Source: Psychrobacter cryohalolentis K5 (GTDB taxonomy: Bacteria > Pseudomonadota > Gammaproteobacteria > Pseudomonadales > Moraxellaceae). Taken from it: a DNA stretch of 32,000 nucleotides. This document shows, piece by piece, positions 9,911 through 18,818 of the stretch (its first letter is position 1; the number at the start of each line of letters is the position of its first letter). The notes beneath the pieces were generated by a model. The model ran no database searches. It worked only from the letters and a program-made list of their open reading frames with translations, and was not told where the DNA came from. The stretch spans positions 2,400,001 through 2,432,000 of the forward strand of contig NC_007969.1 of the NCBI RefSeq assembly GCF_000013905.1. Reading direction: 5' to 3'. The translations under genes were made by a program, and so were the position numbers.

Positions 9911-10969
9911 TCAAAGCGTATAAGACCACTTAGTTTGCAAAGCATTACAACTGTTGAGCCACAATTGCTGAGCGAGAATAGCCGCAGGAACATTTAGTAA
10001 TTCGCTCAAGCTATGTAATACATAAAGCAAATTTGCAGGAACATTCCTACTATGCATAGATGTATCACCCCATTCGCTATTTTTATCTCGTCCAAGCACA
10101 GACGCGTTATTAGATGACGCATCTTCTAAATTATTATCTAGCGTCTGGCCTAGGATAGGCATCATATCGGGGCAATCTGTCTCGATAACCAAACAGTCAA
10201 TACCATAACTCTCAACCGCAGCTTGAATGGCAAGGCGCAGTTTTTTCGCATTGGGATTGGTTATTTGCCCAGTCACGCCAAGCTTAAACCCTAATTTCGC
10301 AAAGGCTTTGGCTTCTTGTACACCGCCACTAAAACTATGGGCAATGCCGCCAAGCTTATGCGCGTCATAATTATGCGCTTTTAGTAAAGCCAGTGCTTCG
10401 GCATGTGCTTTACGAATATGCAGCATAACAGGTAGCTGATGTGCCGCTGCCATATCTAACTGCGCAATAAAAAACCGCTGTTGTTTGGCAAACGTTTCAG
10501 GCTGCTTCATGGCATCGGTAAAAGTATCTAAACCTATTTCACCAATGGCCAATGGACGCTGTTCATTTAGCATTTGCGCCATTTCTTCCAAATGGGCTTC
10601 TGTATGCTGCTCAATATAAAAAGGATGTAAACCTAGCGCAATATGTACTTTAGGAAAACGGTTTCTTTGGTTCAAACAATTTTTTTTATCCAACTGACAA
10701 AGATCATTTATCTGCTGCTGATTCTCATAAAGCCGTGCAAAATATCGGTGCAAGTAGCCAACCAAAACTAAATGGCGCACACCTTTATCATAGGCAAATT
10801 GCGCCTGCTCACCTCTATCCTTATCAAACACAGGAGCATCAAAATGCGTATGAGTATCAATTAAAGGAAAAATCTTCGTTCTTACTTTATTATTGATAGC
10901 TGATGTATCAATCCCCGTCATCAAGAAACTCCAAAATTCATCATTGCTATGATAAGTCAGCTTTCCCAT
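9911..10969 (-). CDS. TatD-family metal-dependent hydrolase/DNase
   Basis: IDTHTHFD metal-binding motif near the N-terminus. Further motifs include LGLHP, IGEIGLD, VMLHIR, GIAHSFSG and ETDCP. At 352 aa it is longer than typical family members, with apparent insertions. The start could be the internal MTGID. Confidence 0.85.
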   Translation of the reverse strand: MGKLTYHSNDEFWSFLMTGIDTSAINNKVRTKIFPLIDTHTHFDAPVFDKDRGEQAQFAYDKGVRHLVLVGYLHRYFARLYENQQQINDLCQLDKKNCLNQRNRFPKVHIALGLHPFYIEQHTEAHLEEMAQMLNEQRPLAIGEIGLDTFTDAMKQPETFAKQQRFFIAQLDMAAAHQLPVMLHIRKAHAEALALLKAHNYDAHKLGGIAHSFSGGVQEAKAFAKLGFKLGVTGQITNPNAKKLRLAIQAAVESYGIDCLVIETDCPDMMPILGQTLDNNLEDASSNNASVLGRDKNSEWGDTSMHSRNVPANLLYVLHSLSELLNVPAAILAQQLWLNSCNALQTKWSYTL

Positions 10970-10992
10970 TAACTACTTTCTAAATAATCATT

Positions 10993-11148
10993 TTACTCAC
11001 TATCTGTACTTTTAGCTTTTTCTATAGGGTCATAATTTTCAGGCACTGGTTTGTGCGCCTTTTGACTACTGCGTCTTGGTACCAGTACCAATGCAATACC
11101 CACTACGCTTAATGCCAGCCACTTTTTTTTATTATTAGTGCTTGCCAT
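10993..11148 (-). CDS. possible small membrane protein (51 aa), below the ORF-track cutoff
   Basis: ATG at 11146-11148 and TAA at 10993-10995 on the minus strand. Translation is MASTNNKKKWLALSVVGIALVLVPRRSSQKAHKPVPENYDPIEKAKSTDSE. It has a positively charged N-terminus, one hydrophobic helix and a charged tail. The RBS is weak (AAGGT). It sits directly upstream of the TatD gene. Confidence 0.35.
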   Translation of the reverse strand: MASTNNKKKWLALSVVGIALVLVPRRSSQKAHKPVPENYDPIEKAKSTDSE

Positions 11149-11343
11149 TATAGTTACCTTTTAAAATTAACTGACGAATAGTACTTAGCCGATATTTGAT
11201 AAATACGGCTTTATAGATGACCTTTATCTATTTTAACAAATATATCGTACTATCAGCAAAAGCGTGACATACCCATGTTATCTGTTTTTATTATACGCGT
11301 ATAGCCAAGGTGTATGTTTATCTATTATATGGATACGCAAACT

Positions 11344-11376
11344 AAAGTACGGTGTATGTATCATACACCGTACTTT
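11344..11376 (-). terminator. probable gspD terminator hairpin
   Basis: Perfect 15-bp inverted repeat AAAGTACGGTGTATG / CATACACCGTACTTT with a 3-nt loop. It lies about 95 nt downstream of the gspD stop, with T-rich flanks on both strands. Confidence 0.65.
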
Positions 11377-11469
11377 TAAGTATAGTAAAACTTTGAGAGA
11401 GATATGAAAGTAGAGTTTGGTAAGCGCTAAAATCTTAGATAATCTATTAGCAAACAACCATAAAAGCGC

Positions 11470-13722
11470 TTAACGATTTAAGGGATAAGTTGTGATACCT
11501 GTGCTTGGACTATCAACACGAGTAAAACCTTTGGAAGTTGTTTTTGGCTTTTGATCCCGTTTAGGAATCAAAGGATTGAGTGGCATAAGCTCATAATCAG
11601 CAATAATATCACCATTCCAACCTTCGGTACCGCTTAATGGCAGCTGTTTAATCGTACCGTTTTTATCGATAACCAGCTGAAGAACGCGCATCTGATTGTA
11701 TTTACGCTCTGTCACGCTTGCTACTGCACCGCCATCACGGAGGATAGTCGGCTGTAAAAATATGATTAAATTGCTTTTTTGGCTATTGTCATTGTCCGAA
11801 CGGAACAGTCGACCGATAAGGGGTACATTACCCAAACCTGGCACTTTTTGTTGGCGCGTAGTGGAGTTGTCGCGCATCAAGCCACCTAAGGCAATGGTCT
11901 GCTGATCGTCTGCCAAAATGGTGGTATTGATCAGGCTTTTATTGGTGATAAGACCGCTAGCATTCCCAGCACTACCCGGTACGACTGAAGAGACTTCCTG
12001 TGATACCTCTAAACGTACGGTGCCGTTTGCACCAATATGCGGGATGACGTTTAGATTGATACCAATATCTTGGCGATCAATCGTTTGAAAGGGGTTCGTC
12101 GAAGAGTCACTACCCGTCGTGTAGGAGCCTGTCACAAACGGCACGTTCTGACCCACTAAGATACTGGCTTTTTCATTGTCCAAGGTCAAAATCGATGGCA
12201 TAGATAGCAGATTGGCGCTGGTAGAAGAATCAAGCGCTTGCAAGATAGCACCATAGAACTGCGCATTGCCTTTGCTGTCTTTACTACTACTGCCAATACC
12301 TAACAAAGCACCAGCAATGGAGCCTGCTGCTGCGCTTATCCCTGTACCACCTGACAAAGCAGCAGCGGCAAGTGAAACTGCACTTGCGCCCACATTATTG
12401 AAGTTCACCACGCCATAACCGCTATTGGCATTACCTAGCGCCCACTGAACCCCAAGCTGCGTTGCATCATCGCCCGACACTTCAACAATAGCTGCTTGAA
12501 TCAATACTTGCGAGCGGCGGCTGTCTAACTGATTGACAGCGTCTTCGATCTCAAACATCAGCTCAGGTGCTGCATTAACAATGACGGCGTTTTGAGTTTC
12601 ATCAGCGATAATACTAAAAGGTCGACCACCGATACCGATACTTGTACCCGCGGAACTATTATTCGGTAAAGGCGTAGCAGCAGTACCACCGATACTATTG
12701 CTACCTACCTTACTATTAGCACCACCAGTTAGCGACGACCCTGTAGCAGCGGCATCATTCAATGATGCTGACTCTAATGTTGAAGAACCACCAGAGCTAT
12801 TGATTGATTGGCTGGCAAGGAGACCGCGCAGCATCTCAGCAATATGACCGGCACTGGCATATTTTAGGCGGAAAACACGCAGACCACTTAAGCGCCTTGA
12901 TGGCGTTGTGTCCAATTGATTGACCATCTCTTGAACCTTGGCAATCATCTCAGGACTGCCTTTAACCAACAGTCTGTCGCTCGCCGTGTCGGCGATAACC
13001 TTTAGCTGATTGTTGCCAGTTGCCTGGCCGCTACCAGCACTCGCCACCAGTGCGCTAATCAACTCCATCATACGTTCGGCATCGACATGACGTAGTGGTA
13101 TGACTTGTAAGCTGTCATTCACATTACTGTCTAAATCACGGATAAGCGCTGTCAGCTGATTTAGGCTATCAGCACGATCGGACAGCACTAAGGCATTGAC
13201 TCCAGGCACAGCAGCGGCATGTGCAGACGGTGGCATGAGCGGACGGATAACGCCCAAGACTTCTGCTGCTTGAGTATTCGTCAGATAAATCACCCGCGTT
13301 GCCAAGGTTTCACCGACGCTCTCACCACGTAAATCAACAGCAACACCGGTTTGTTTGGCGACGTTATCTGGCACCAGTTTAATCGTTGTACCTGAATCGA
13401 TAGCAGCGATACCGTTGACTTGCATCACGCTCAAAAACAGCTGATAAATCTCATCACGCGACAAAGGCTTGTTGGAGATCACAGTCACATTACCGTTGAT
13501 GCGCGGATCAAGGACGAAGTTTTGATTGGTAATCGTCGCCACTTCATTGATAAAGGCTTTGATATCAGCATCTTGCAAATTGACTTTCCAGCTTTCAGCA
13601 CTCACCAGCCCAGTACTAGCCGCCCATAGTGGTATGGCCAAGCAAAGAGGACGGCACAATCGCATCAAACGCTGCAAAATATGATGCAAAGGTGTGACTG
13701 AAAAATTATGAGAACTGACCAT
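11470..13722 (-). CDS. gspD: type II secretion system secretin GspD
   Basis: Secretin C-domain signature VPGLGNVPLIGRLFRSDNDNSQKSNLIIFLQPTIL. N-domain repeats are present (VIPLRHVDAERMMELISAL, VFRLKYASAGHIAEMLRGLL). The true start is probably ATG at 13665 (MRLCRPLCLAIPLWAASTGLVSA signal peptide), not 13722. Confidence 0.93.
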   Translation of the reverse strand: MVSSHNFSVTPLHHILQRLMRLCRPLCLAIPLWAASTGLVSAESWKVNLQDADIKAFINEVATITNQNFVLDPRINGNVTVISNKPLSRDEIYQLFLSVMQVNGIAAIDSGTTIKLVPDNVAKQTGVAVDLRGESVGETLATRVIYLTNTQAAEVLGVIRPLMPPSAHAAAVPGVNALVLSDRADSLNQLTALIRDLDSNVNDSLQVIPLRHVDAERMMELISALVASAGSGQATGNNQLKVIADTASDRLLVKGSPEMIAKVQEMVNQLDTTPSRRLSGLRVFRLKYASAGHIAEMLRGLLASQSINSSGGSSTLESASLNDAAATGSSLTGGANSKVGSNSIGGTAATPLPNNSSAGTSIGIGGRPFSIIADETQNAVIVNAAPELMFEIEDAVNQLDSRRSQVLIQAAIVEVSGDDATQLGVQWALGNANSGYGVVNFNNVGASAVSLAAAALSGGTGISAAAGSIAGALLGIGSSSKDSKGNAQFYGAILQALDSSTSANLLSMPSILTLDNEKASILVGQNVPFVTGSYTTGSDSSTNPFQTIDRQDIGINLNVIPHIGANGTVRLEVSQEVSSVVPGSAGNASGLITNKSLINTTILADDQQTIALGGLMRDNSTTRQQKVPGLGNVPLIGRLFRSDNDNSQKSNLIIFLQPTILRDGGAVASVTERKYNQMRVLQLVIDKNGTIKQLPLSGTEGWNGDIIADYELMPLNPLIPKRDQKPKTTSKGFTRVDSPSTGITTYPLNR

Positions 13723-13907
13723 ATTGATGATTACCTACAGTGATGGCGCTTGGTATGTACTGAATTCAACGTATGTTGAATATAATGGTTACTGGATTTG
13801 ATAAGTCATAATTTTAATTGATACTAAGTTACGTTGGCCATCATATCGCTAATAATATCAACCAACAAATATTTATTTTGAAGAATCATTTTTGTCACTT
13901 ATATATG

Positions 13908-14810
13908 CTAAAACTGCTGCCGAATCGTAATGACTTGATCGCCACGTTGTACTTCTATCTGTGCTTCCCCTGATTGCTTCACTTGTTGTAATACGCGAGC
14001 ATCCTGAGCAGGATTACTACCGACGCTTTGCCCGTTGACTTTCAGTACTCGATCACCAGATTCAAGTCCCAAGCGATTGCGTATATTAGCAGGCATCGCT
14101 GCTGTGACTTGATAGTTATCGCCTCCTGCCATTACACCCATTCTACTTAAATAACTGGCAGGGTTTTCTTGTAATTCAGTCACTGCTTCGTCAATTGCAG
14201 ATTTAGGCGCGCTGTCGCTAGGTGCTTCGGCAGCCGGTTGATTACCAGTATTGCTTAGGTCAGGCACAGGCGCATTAGGTAGCATATTGCCATCTTGCAA
14301 GCGCTGATTACTGACCCCGCCTGCGATCATCGCACTTTGATCAAGTGGCATGGCTTCTGGCATACGAATCACCGTTTCCTTGTCAATAGTATCAGCGATA
14401 ATAATCTCGTTCCAAGCAACCGCAACCAACGTGTAATCGCTGTCTTTTAAGGTGTCACCAATTCGGTAGTTTTTGACTTCACCGTTGACCTCTAAAAGTG
14501 CTGAAGACAAACTCTCTGGAATGGCCAGCAATACACCCTTTAGCACAATATTAGGCGGCGGCTGCACTAAAGCAGCGATAGGATCAGGGTCGGCAAAAAT
14601 AGCAAATAGACTACTATAATCTGGAGCGGATAAGGCGTTATCCTGTAAAGGTACCAGTGGTAATGCAGGCGCTAACGGTGGCGCAAGCAGTAGCCATAAG
14701 AGTCGCGCTGCCGTCCAGCTTAACCAAGTGATTGCCAATAATAGCAGCCAAACGGCAAAGCGGTTAAAAATATTTAGCACAGGTTTTAAGCTGGTAGGGA
14801 GCGTCATCAT
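13908..14810 (-). CDS. gspC: type II secretion system protein GspC (HR domain plus PDZ)
   Basis: N-terminal TM anchor (FAVWLLLLAITWLSW). HR-like segment (LKGVLL...VNGEVKNYRIGDTL...YTLVAVAWNEIII). C-terminal PDZ-like segment (LGLESGDRVLKVNGQSVG). Position is immediately upstream of gspD. Confidence 0.8.
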   Translation of the reverse strand: MMTLPTSLKPVLNIFNRFAVWLLLLAITWLSWTAARLLWLLLAPPLAPALPLVPLQDNALSAPDYSSLFAIFADPDPIAALVQPPPNIVLKGVLLAIPESLSSALLEVNGEVKNYRIGDTLKDSDYTLVAVAWNEIIIADTIDKETVIRMPEAMPLDQSAMIAGGVSNQRLQDGNMLPNAPVPDLSNTGNQPAAEAPSDSAPKSAIDEAVTELQENPASYLSRMGVMAGGDNYQVTAAMPANIRNRLGLESGDRVLKVNGQSVGSNPAQDARVLQQVKQSGEAQIEVQRGDQVITIRQQF

Positions 14811-15641
14811 CTAGCGTGTCCCTAGCCCATTTAACAGTGGTTGACGCACACTAACCACAGGCGTATCCTGCGGCGCTTTTCCCTTGTATTCAGGCATACT
14901 CTCGAGCAGACGCTGGGTCAAGCTGACATCCAACATATTATCGCCATCAAGATACAAGTCGCCTAAACGCTTGTCTTGATTGTTGACAAGATTGATATGC
15001 AGCAGATTTTTGTTATTTTTTTGCTCGGTACTCAGCTCAGCACGCAGCGCCGGTATGGTGAGATAAAATATTTTGCCACCGCTAGGATAACCAAGCTCGC
15101 CGCCAATCCATGTCAGCTGACCTGACGCTTGACGAAAGCCGGACGTGTTTTTGCTAGAGTCACTGTTTGAGTCACCATCGTTTGAACCAGACTGACGTTT
15201 GAGCGAGATATTATTGACCTGAATTTGCGTATTTGGTAATTGCCAATCGACAACCCGAGTCAAAGTCTCAGGCGCAATTTTACCGCTCATGTCTTTTACT
15301 TCCCAAGAATTTGCGCCTATTTTTACCTGCCCATTGAGGCGAGTTTGCTCTGATAAAATATCAATCTTCGCACCAAACTTACCCAATAATAAATGCCACG
15401 GCTGCCACGACCATTCAGCCGCCCCGATCAATGGCGTCGCTGACAGAGGTATCTGCCAAATTGCAGCGCCCTGCCATACATTACCGGACACGTGCTGTAT
15501 ATAAGGCGTCTCTGGTGCATATTTTTCAAGTAGCCATGCTGCTGGCATTTGCAAAACAGCAAATAGCGCGAACAAGACAAGTCCAATCAACCACCACAGC
15601 TTACGGGGACGCTTATGAGACGAGGCAGATACTTGGGGCAC
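14811..15641 (-). CDS. gspN: type II secretion system protein GspN
   Basis: N-terminal anchor followed by the LQMPAAWLL motif typical of T2SS-N proteins; length 276 aa. Its stop (14811-14813) abuts the gspC ATG (14808-14810), suggesting translational coupling. Confidence 0.72.
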   Translation of the reverse strand: MPQVSASSHKRPRKLWWLIGLVLFALFAVLQMPAAWLLEKYAPETPYIQHVSGNVWQGAAIWQIPLSATPLIGAAEWSWQPWHLLLGKFGAKIDILSEQTRLNGQVKIGANSWEVKDMSGKIAPETLTRVVDWQLPNTQIQVNNISLKRQSGSNDGDSNSDSSKNTSGFRQASGQLTWIGGELGYPSGGKIFYLTIPALRAELSTEQKNNKNLLHINLVNNQDKRLGDLYLDGDNMLDVSLTQRLLESMPEYKGKAPQDTPVVSVRQPLLNGLGTR

Positions 15642-15711
15642 GATGGCATAACTCTTATATCAGGTAAAAACGTCATTATCATAGCAAACAATAGCATACA
15701 GATGACAGCAA

Positions 15712-15761
15712 AAAAGCCAGTATCTTTTTACCACTATTTTGGTAAAAAGATACTGGCTTTT
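15712..15761 (-). terminator. Rho-independent terminator of the H-NS-like gene
   Basis: Perfect 21-bp inverted repeat AAAAGCCAGTATCTTTTTACC / GGTAAAAAGATACTGGCTTTT with an 8-nt loop. On the minus strand it is followed by a T run (complement of the A run at 15710-15715). Confidence 0.75.
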
Positions 15762-15857
15762 ATCTGCCTATAAAGGTTCAATTTACTCGTTAATCAAACG
15801 GAACTTTATAGACAGAGCGTTCGTTGCTAAATATAACAGCGACTATCCATTAGAAAA

Positions 15858-16181
15858 TTAAATAGCAAAATCTTCAAGACGACGACCTGCGGCTAATGCC
15901 TCTACCAACCATGTTGGTTTACGTCCGCGACCAGTCCATGTTTCTTCGTCATTGTCGGTATTACGGTATTTAATGCTACGCTTCTTTTCTAGTTTTTCGC
16001 CCGCTTGTAAAATCTCCTCGATACTGGCATTGCTTTCTTCAGCGATTTTTTCAAACTGCGTATAAGCATCATACAAGCGCTGGTGTTGCTTTTGAGCAAT
16101 AAGCTGCTGCGCATTTTCAGTAATAGCACGTAGCTCATCAACATTTAAGCTGTTTAAATCAATAACATTACTTTTGTTCAT
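15858..16181 (-). CDS. hns: H-NS family nucleoid-associated protein
   Basis: The C-terminal DNA-binding loop TWTGRGRKPTW matches the H-NS TWxGxGRxPxW signature. The N-terminal half looks like a coiled coil. I prefer ATG at 16181 (MNKSNVIDL..., 107 aa) over the track start at 16223. Confidence 0.85.
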   Translation of the reverse strand: MNKSNVIDLNSLNVDELRAITENAQQLIAQKQHQRLYDAYTQFEKIAEESNASIEEILQAGEKLEKKRSIKYRNTDNDEETWTGRGRKPTWLVEALAAGRRLEDFAI

Positions 16182-16615
16182 AGTATTTTCCACATTAAAA
16201 TAAAGGGTATAAATAAATAGCATTTATACTAAAAATAGATTTATCAAGAACTACTAAATACAGTAATTATTAAATAATAAATCTTTCGCATATTGATAAA
16301 AATTTGATTGTCTACTGATAAATATAGTGTGAATGCTTAAAATTATAAGCAACGCTAATATAAACAAAAATACTGACAATAACAATGACTTATCGTTATT
16401 TTCTGCTAAAATCAATAAATGGCAGTTAATTCGATGACAATCAATGATATTAAATAAATAGCATTACTTATTATTCTTTCTTTAAATAGCCTCCGTAATG
16501 ATTAGGGCTGTATAGTTATTATCAGGCACATTGATGCACAGGTTCTGTTGGCATATCGGTTTTAAAATGACTTAATTATATAAATGACTCCTTACACTTT
16601 CATTATCTGTACATA

Positions 16616-16643
16616 CTAAAAAGCCTTGCATTAGCAAGGCTCT
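16616..16643 (-). terminator. ssb terminator
   Basis: On the minus strand: AGCCTTGC-TAAT-GCAAGGCT followed by TTTTT, about 45 nt downstream of the ssb stop. Confidence 0.75.
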
Positions 16644-16685
16644 AAGTTTATTTCTTTATAAATACAACATCTTGTTATTGTATCC

Positions 16686-17345
16686 TCAGAACGGAATGTC
16701 ATCGTCTACAGGGCCATCTGGCATTGCTGTAGGCTTCGACTGCGCTGGTGCTTGAGTCGGTTTATTAAATTGATTCTGCTGAGCGGGCGCATTCTGATTA
16801 TTAAAGCTATTTTGATGACCACCCTGTGACGCACTGCCGCCTTGATTATAACCGCCTTGTTGAGCGGGCTGATTGCCTCCTTGCTGACCATAGTCGTTCT
16901 GGCCACCTTGGTTACTAAATCCGCCGCCCTGATTACCATAGCCACCTTGGTTGCTTTGACCACCTTGGTTATTGCTACCAAAGCCACCACCAGCATCATT
17001 ACTACCACCTGTCGAGCCATCTAGCATTTGCATTTGTTCAGCACGAATTTCAGTGATATAACGGTCTTGTCCGTTGGGATCTTGATATTTACGGGTACGT
17101 AAGCTGCCTTCGATATATACCTTACTGCCTTTACGAAGATACTGCGCAGCGATTTCGCCCAAGCGATTGAACAACGAAATGCGATGCCATTCCGTTGCTT
17201 CTCTTTTCTCACCGCTTTGCTTGTCTGTCCACTGCTCTGATGTCGCAACCGAAATATTGGTCACGCTACCGCCGTTATTGAATTGACGTGCCTCAGGGTC
17301 TGCACCGAGGTTACCGATGATGATAACTTTATTAACACCGCGCAT
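16686..17345 (-). CDS. ssb: single-stranded DNA-binding protein
   Basis: OB-fold N-terminus [18 protein letters not shown]...[12 protein letters not shown]. Long Gly/Gln/Asn-rich linker. Acidic C-terminal tip DDDIPF. Confidence 0.97.
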   Translation of the reverse strand: MRGVNKVIIIGNLGADPEARQFNNGGSVTNISVATSEQWTDKQSGEKREATEWHRISLFNRLGEIAAQYLRKGSKVYIEGSLRTRKYQDPNGQDRYITEIRAEQMQMLDGSTGGSNDAGGGFGSNNQGGQSNQGGYGNQGGGFSNQGGQNDYGQQGGNQPAQQGGYNQGGSASQGGHQNSFNNQNAPAQQNQFNKPTQAPAQSKPTAMPDGPVDDDIPF

Positions 17346-17453
17346 GATATCGTCCTTTTACTTATGAATAATTTTATTACCAGCTTTAATCGAGTCTTTA
17401 ATATAAAGCCTCAATCTTAGCAGTAATATACTTTTACTTTAACCATTTTTCTG

Positions 17454-18818
17454 TTAAATATCTAGAGGGCTTTGCGCCAAATGCGACAGCTCCTGTCGCG
17501 AAGTATCTGTGAGCTGCGTCTTGTCCAATTTTAAATAAGCAACCTGTTCTTTTGCCATGACCACCAGCTCATCAACACCATCTACTGCCAGCATTTGCCG
17601 TGACCAGTCCTGAATATCAATATTCTTTGGTATCGTCACAGTCGTACTTGACAAATATGGTGGATCAGCAATAGGAATAATCAGCAATAAAGAGGCTGCC
17701 ATTATAATTGCCAATATGCCCCATGCCAACAAATTAGGCTGACTTAATAACAACCCGCCCATTGCGCCACCAACGAAAGCACCAAAGAACTGACTGGATG
17801 AATTTAACCCCATCGCAGTGGCTTTATTGGCGACTGGTGCGCGCTTAGATATCCATGAAGGAATCGTTGCTTCAAGTAGATTAAAGCCCATAAAGTAGAG
17901 CAATAAGCCTAATATAATACCGACGCCAACCTGACCACCGAGCGCTAATAATGCTAAGGCAACCGTCATCAGTGCAATCGCAGCCAAAAATACTTGGCGC
18001 ATTTTGCGTTTCTTTTCGGCGATGATAATAAAAGGTATCGCGACGGCAAAACCGATGAACAATAAAGGCAAATAGACCAAGCCTTGCTGACGTACCGACA
18101 ATCCTAGTACGTCATTAAGCTGATGCGGTAAAATAACAAAGATAGCGGTCATGGTCAGATGCAGAGCAAATATGCCAATGTGCAAGCGATTTAGATCACC
18201 AATTTTTAGAACTGTTGCCAACTGCTGACCAATCGATTTATTGTCTAAATTGTGCTTAAGTACCCGTAGCGGTGTCGGGACGAACAGTAACAATAACATC
18301 GCCAAAACTGCAAAGCCTGCAGTCAACCAAAACAATCCTGAGATGCCAAGCGAGCCTACTAATAGAGGCCCAAAGGCAAAAGCAAGCATGATAGAGGTCG
18401 CAATCGTCAAACCCATCGTCGCCATCGCTTTGGTGCGCATCTCCTCACGAGTTACATCGGCAAGTAACGCCATCAATACCGCAGAGACCGCGCCACTACC
18501 TGCCAGTGCTCGACCAATAATGACCTCGTAAATATCTGTGGCATTGGCAGCAATAATACCGCCGATGGCAAACAAGACAAGACCTAAAAATATAATCGGC
18601 TTACGCGGGAACTTATCCGCGGCAAGGCTCATTGGAATCTGAAATATTGCCTGTCCTAGCCCATAAATACCGACTGCCAAACCAATCAGAAACGGCGTCG
18701 CATGCGCATAATTATCACCATACACAGAAAATACTGGCACAATCATAAACAAACCAATCATCCGCAAGGCAAAGATGCCACCGACCCCGAGGATTGCCCG
18801 TTTTTCTACGCTATTCAT
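17454..18818 (-). CDS. MFS transporter with a C-terminal soluble extension of about 70 aa
   Basis: About 12 hydrophobic helices. An MFS loop 2-3-like motif is present (ADKFPRKPIIFLG). The non-membrane tail is DIQDWSRQMLAVDGVDELVVMAKEQVAYLKLDKTQL... Confidence 0.88.
   Translation of the reverse strand: MNSVEKRAILGVGGIFALRMIGLFMIVPVFSVYGDNYAHATPFLIGLAVGIYGLGQAIFQIPMSLAADKFPRKPIIFLGLVLFAIGGIIAANATDIYEVIIGRALAGSGAVSAVLMALLADVTREEMRTKAMATMGLTIATSIMLAFAFGPLLVGSLGISGLFWLTAGFAVLAMLLLLFVPTPLRVLKHNLDNKSIGQQLATVLKIGDLNRLHIGIFALHLTMTAIFVILPHQLNDVLGLSVRQQGLVYLPLLFIGFAVAIPFIIIAEKKRKMRQVFLAAIALMTVALALLALGGQVGVGIILGLLLYFMGFNLLEATIPSWISKRAPVANKATAMGLNSSSQFFGAFVGGAMGGLLLSQPNLLAWGILAIIMAASLLLIIPIADPPYLSSTTVTIPKNIDIQDWSRQMLAVDGVDELVVMAKEQVAYLKLDKTQLTDTSRQELSHLAQSPLDI

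Noticed and set aside
13723-13907. The 185-nt gap between gspC and gspD, checked for a decayed gene or small ORF.
   Set aside because: It contains no ORF of meaningful length and no repeats beyond a 6-bp palindrome (TTCAAC-GTAT-GTTGAA). It is treated as an ordinary intergenic or internal promoter region.
16706-17248. Three alternative-frame or antisense ORFs (104, 60 and 75 aa) inside ssb.
   Set aside because: They arise from the repetitive Gly/Gln-coding DNA, giving Val/Ala/Thr/Lys-rich nonsense. ssb itself is unambiguous.
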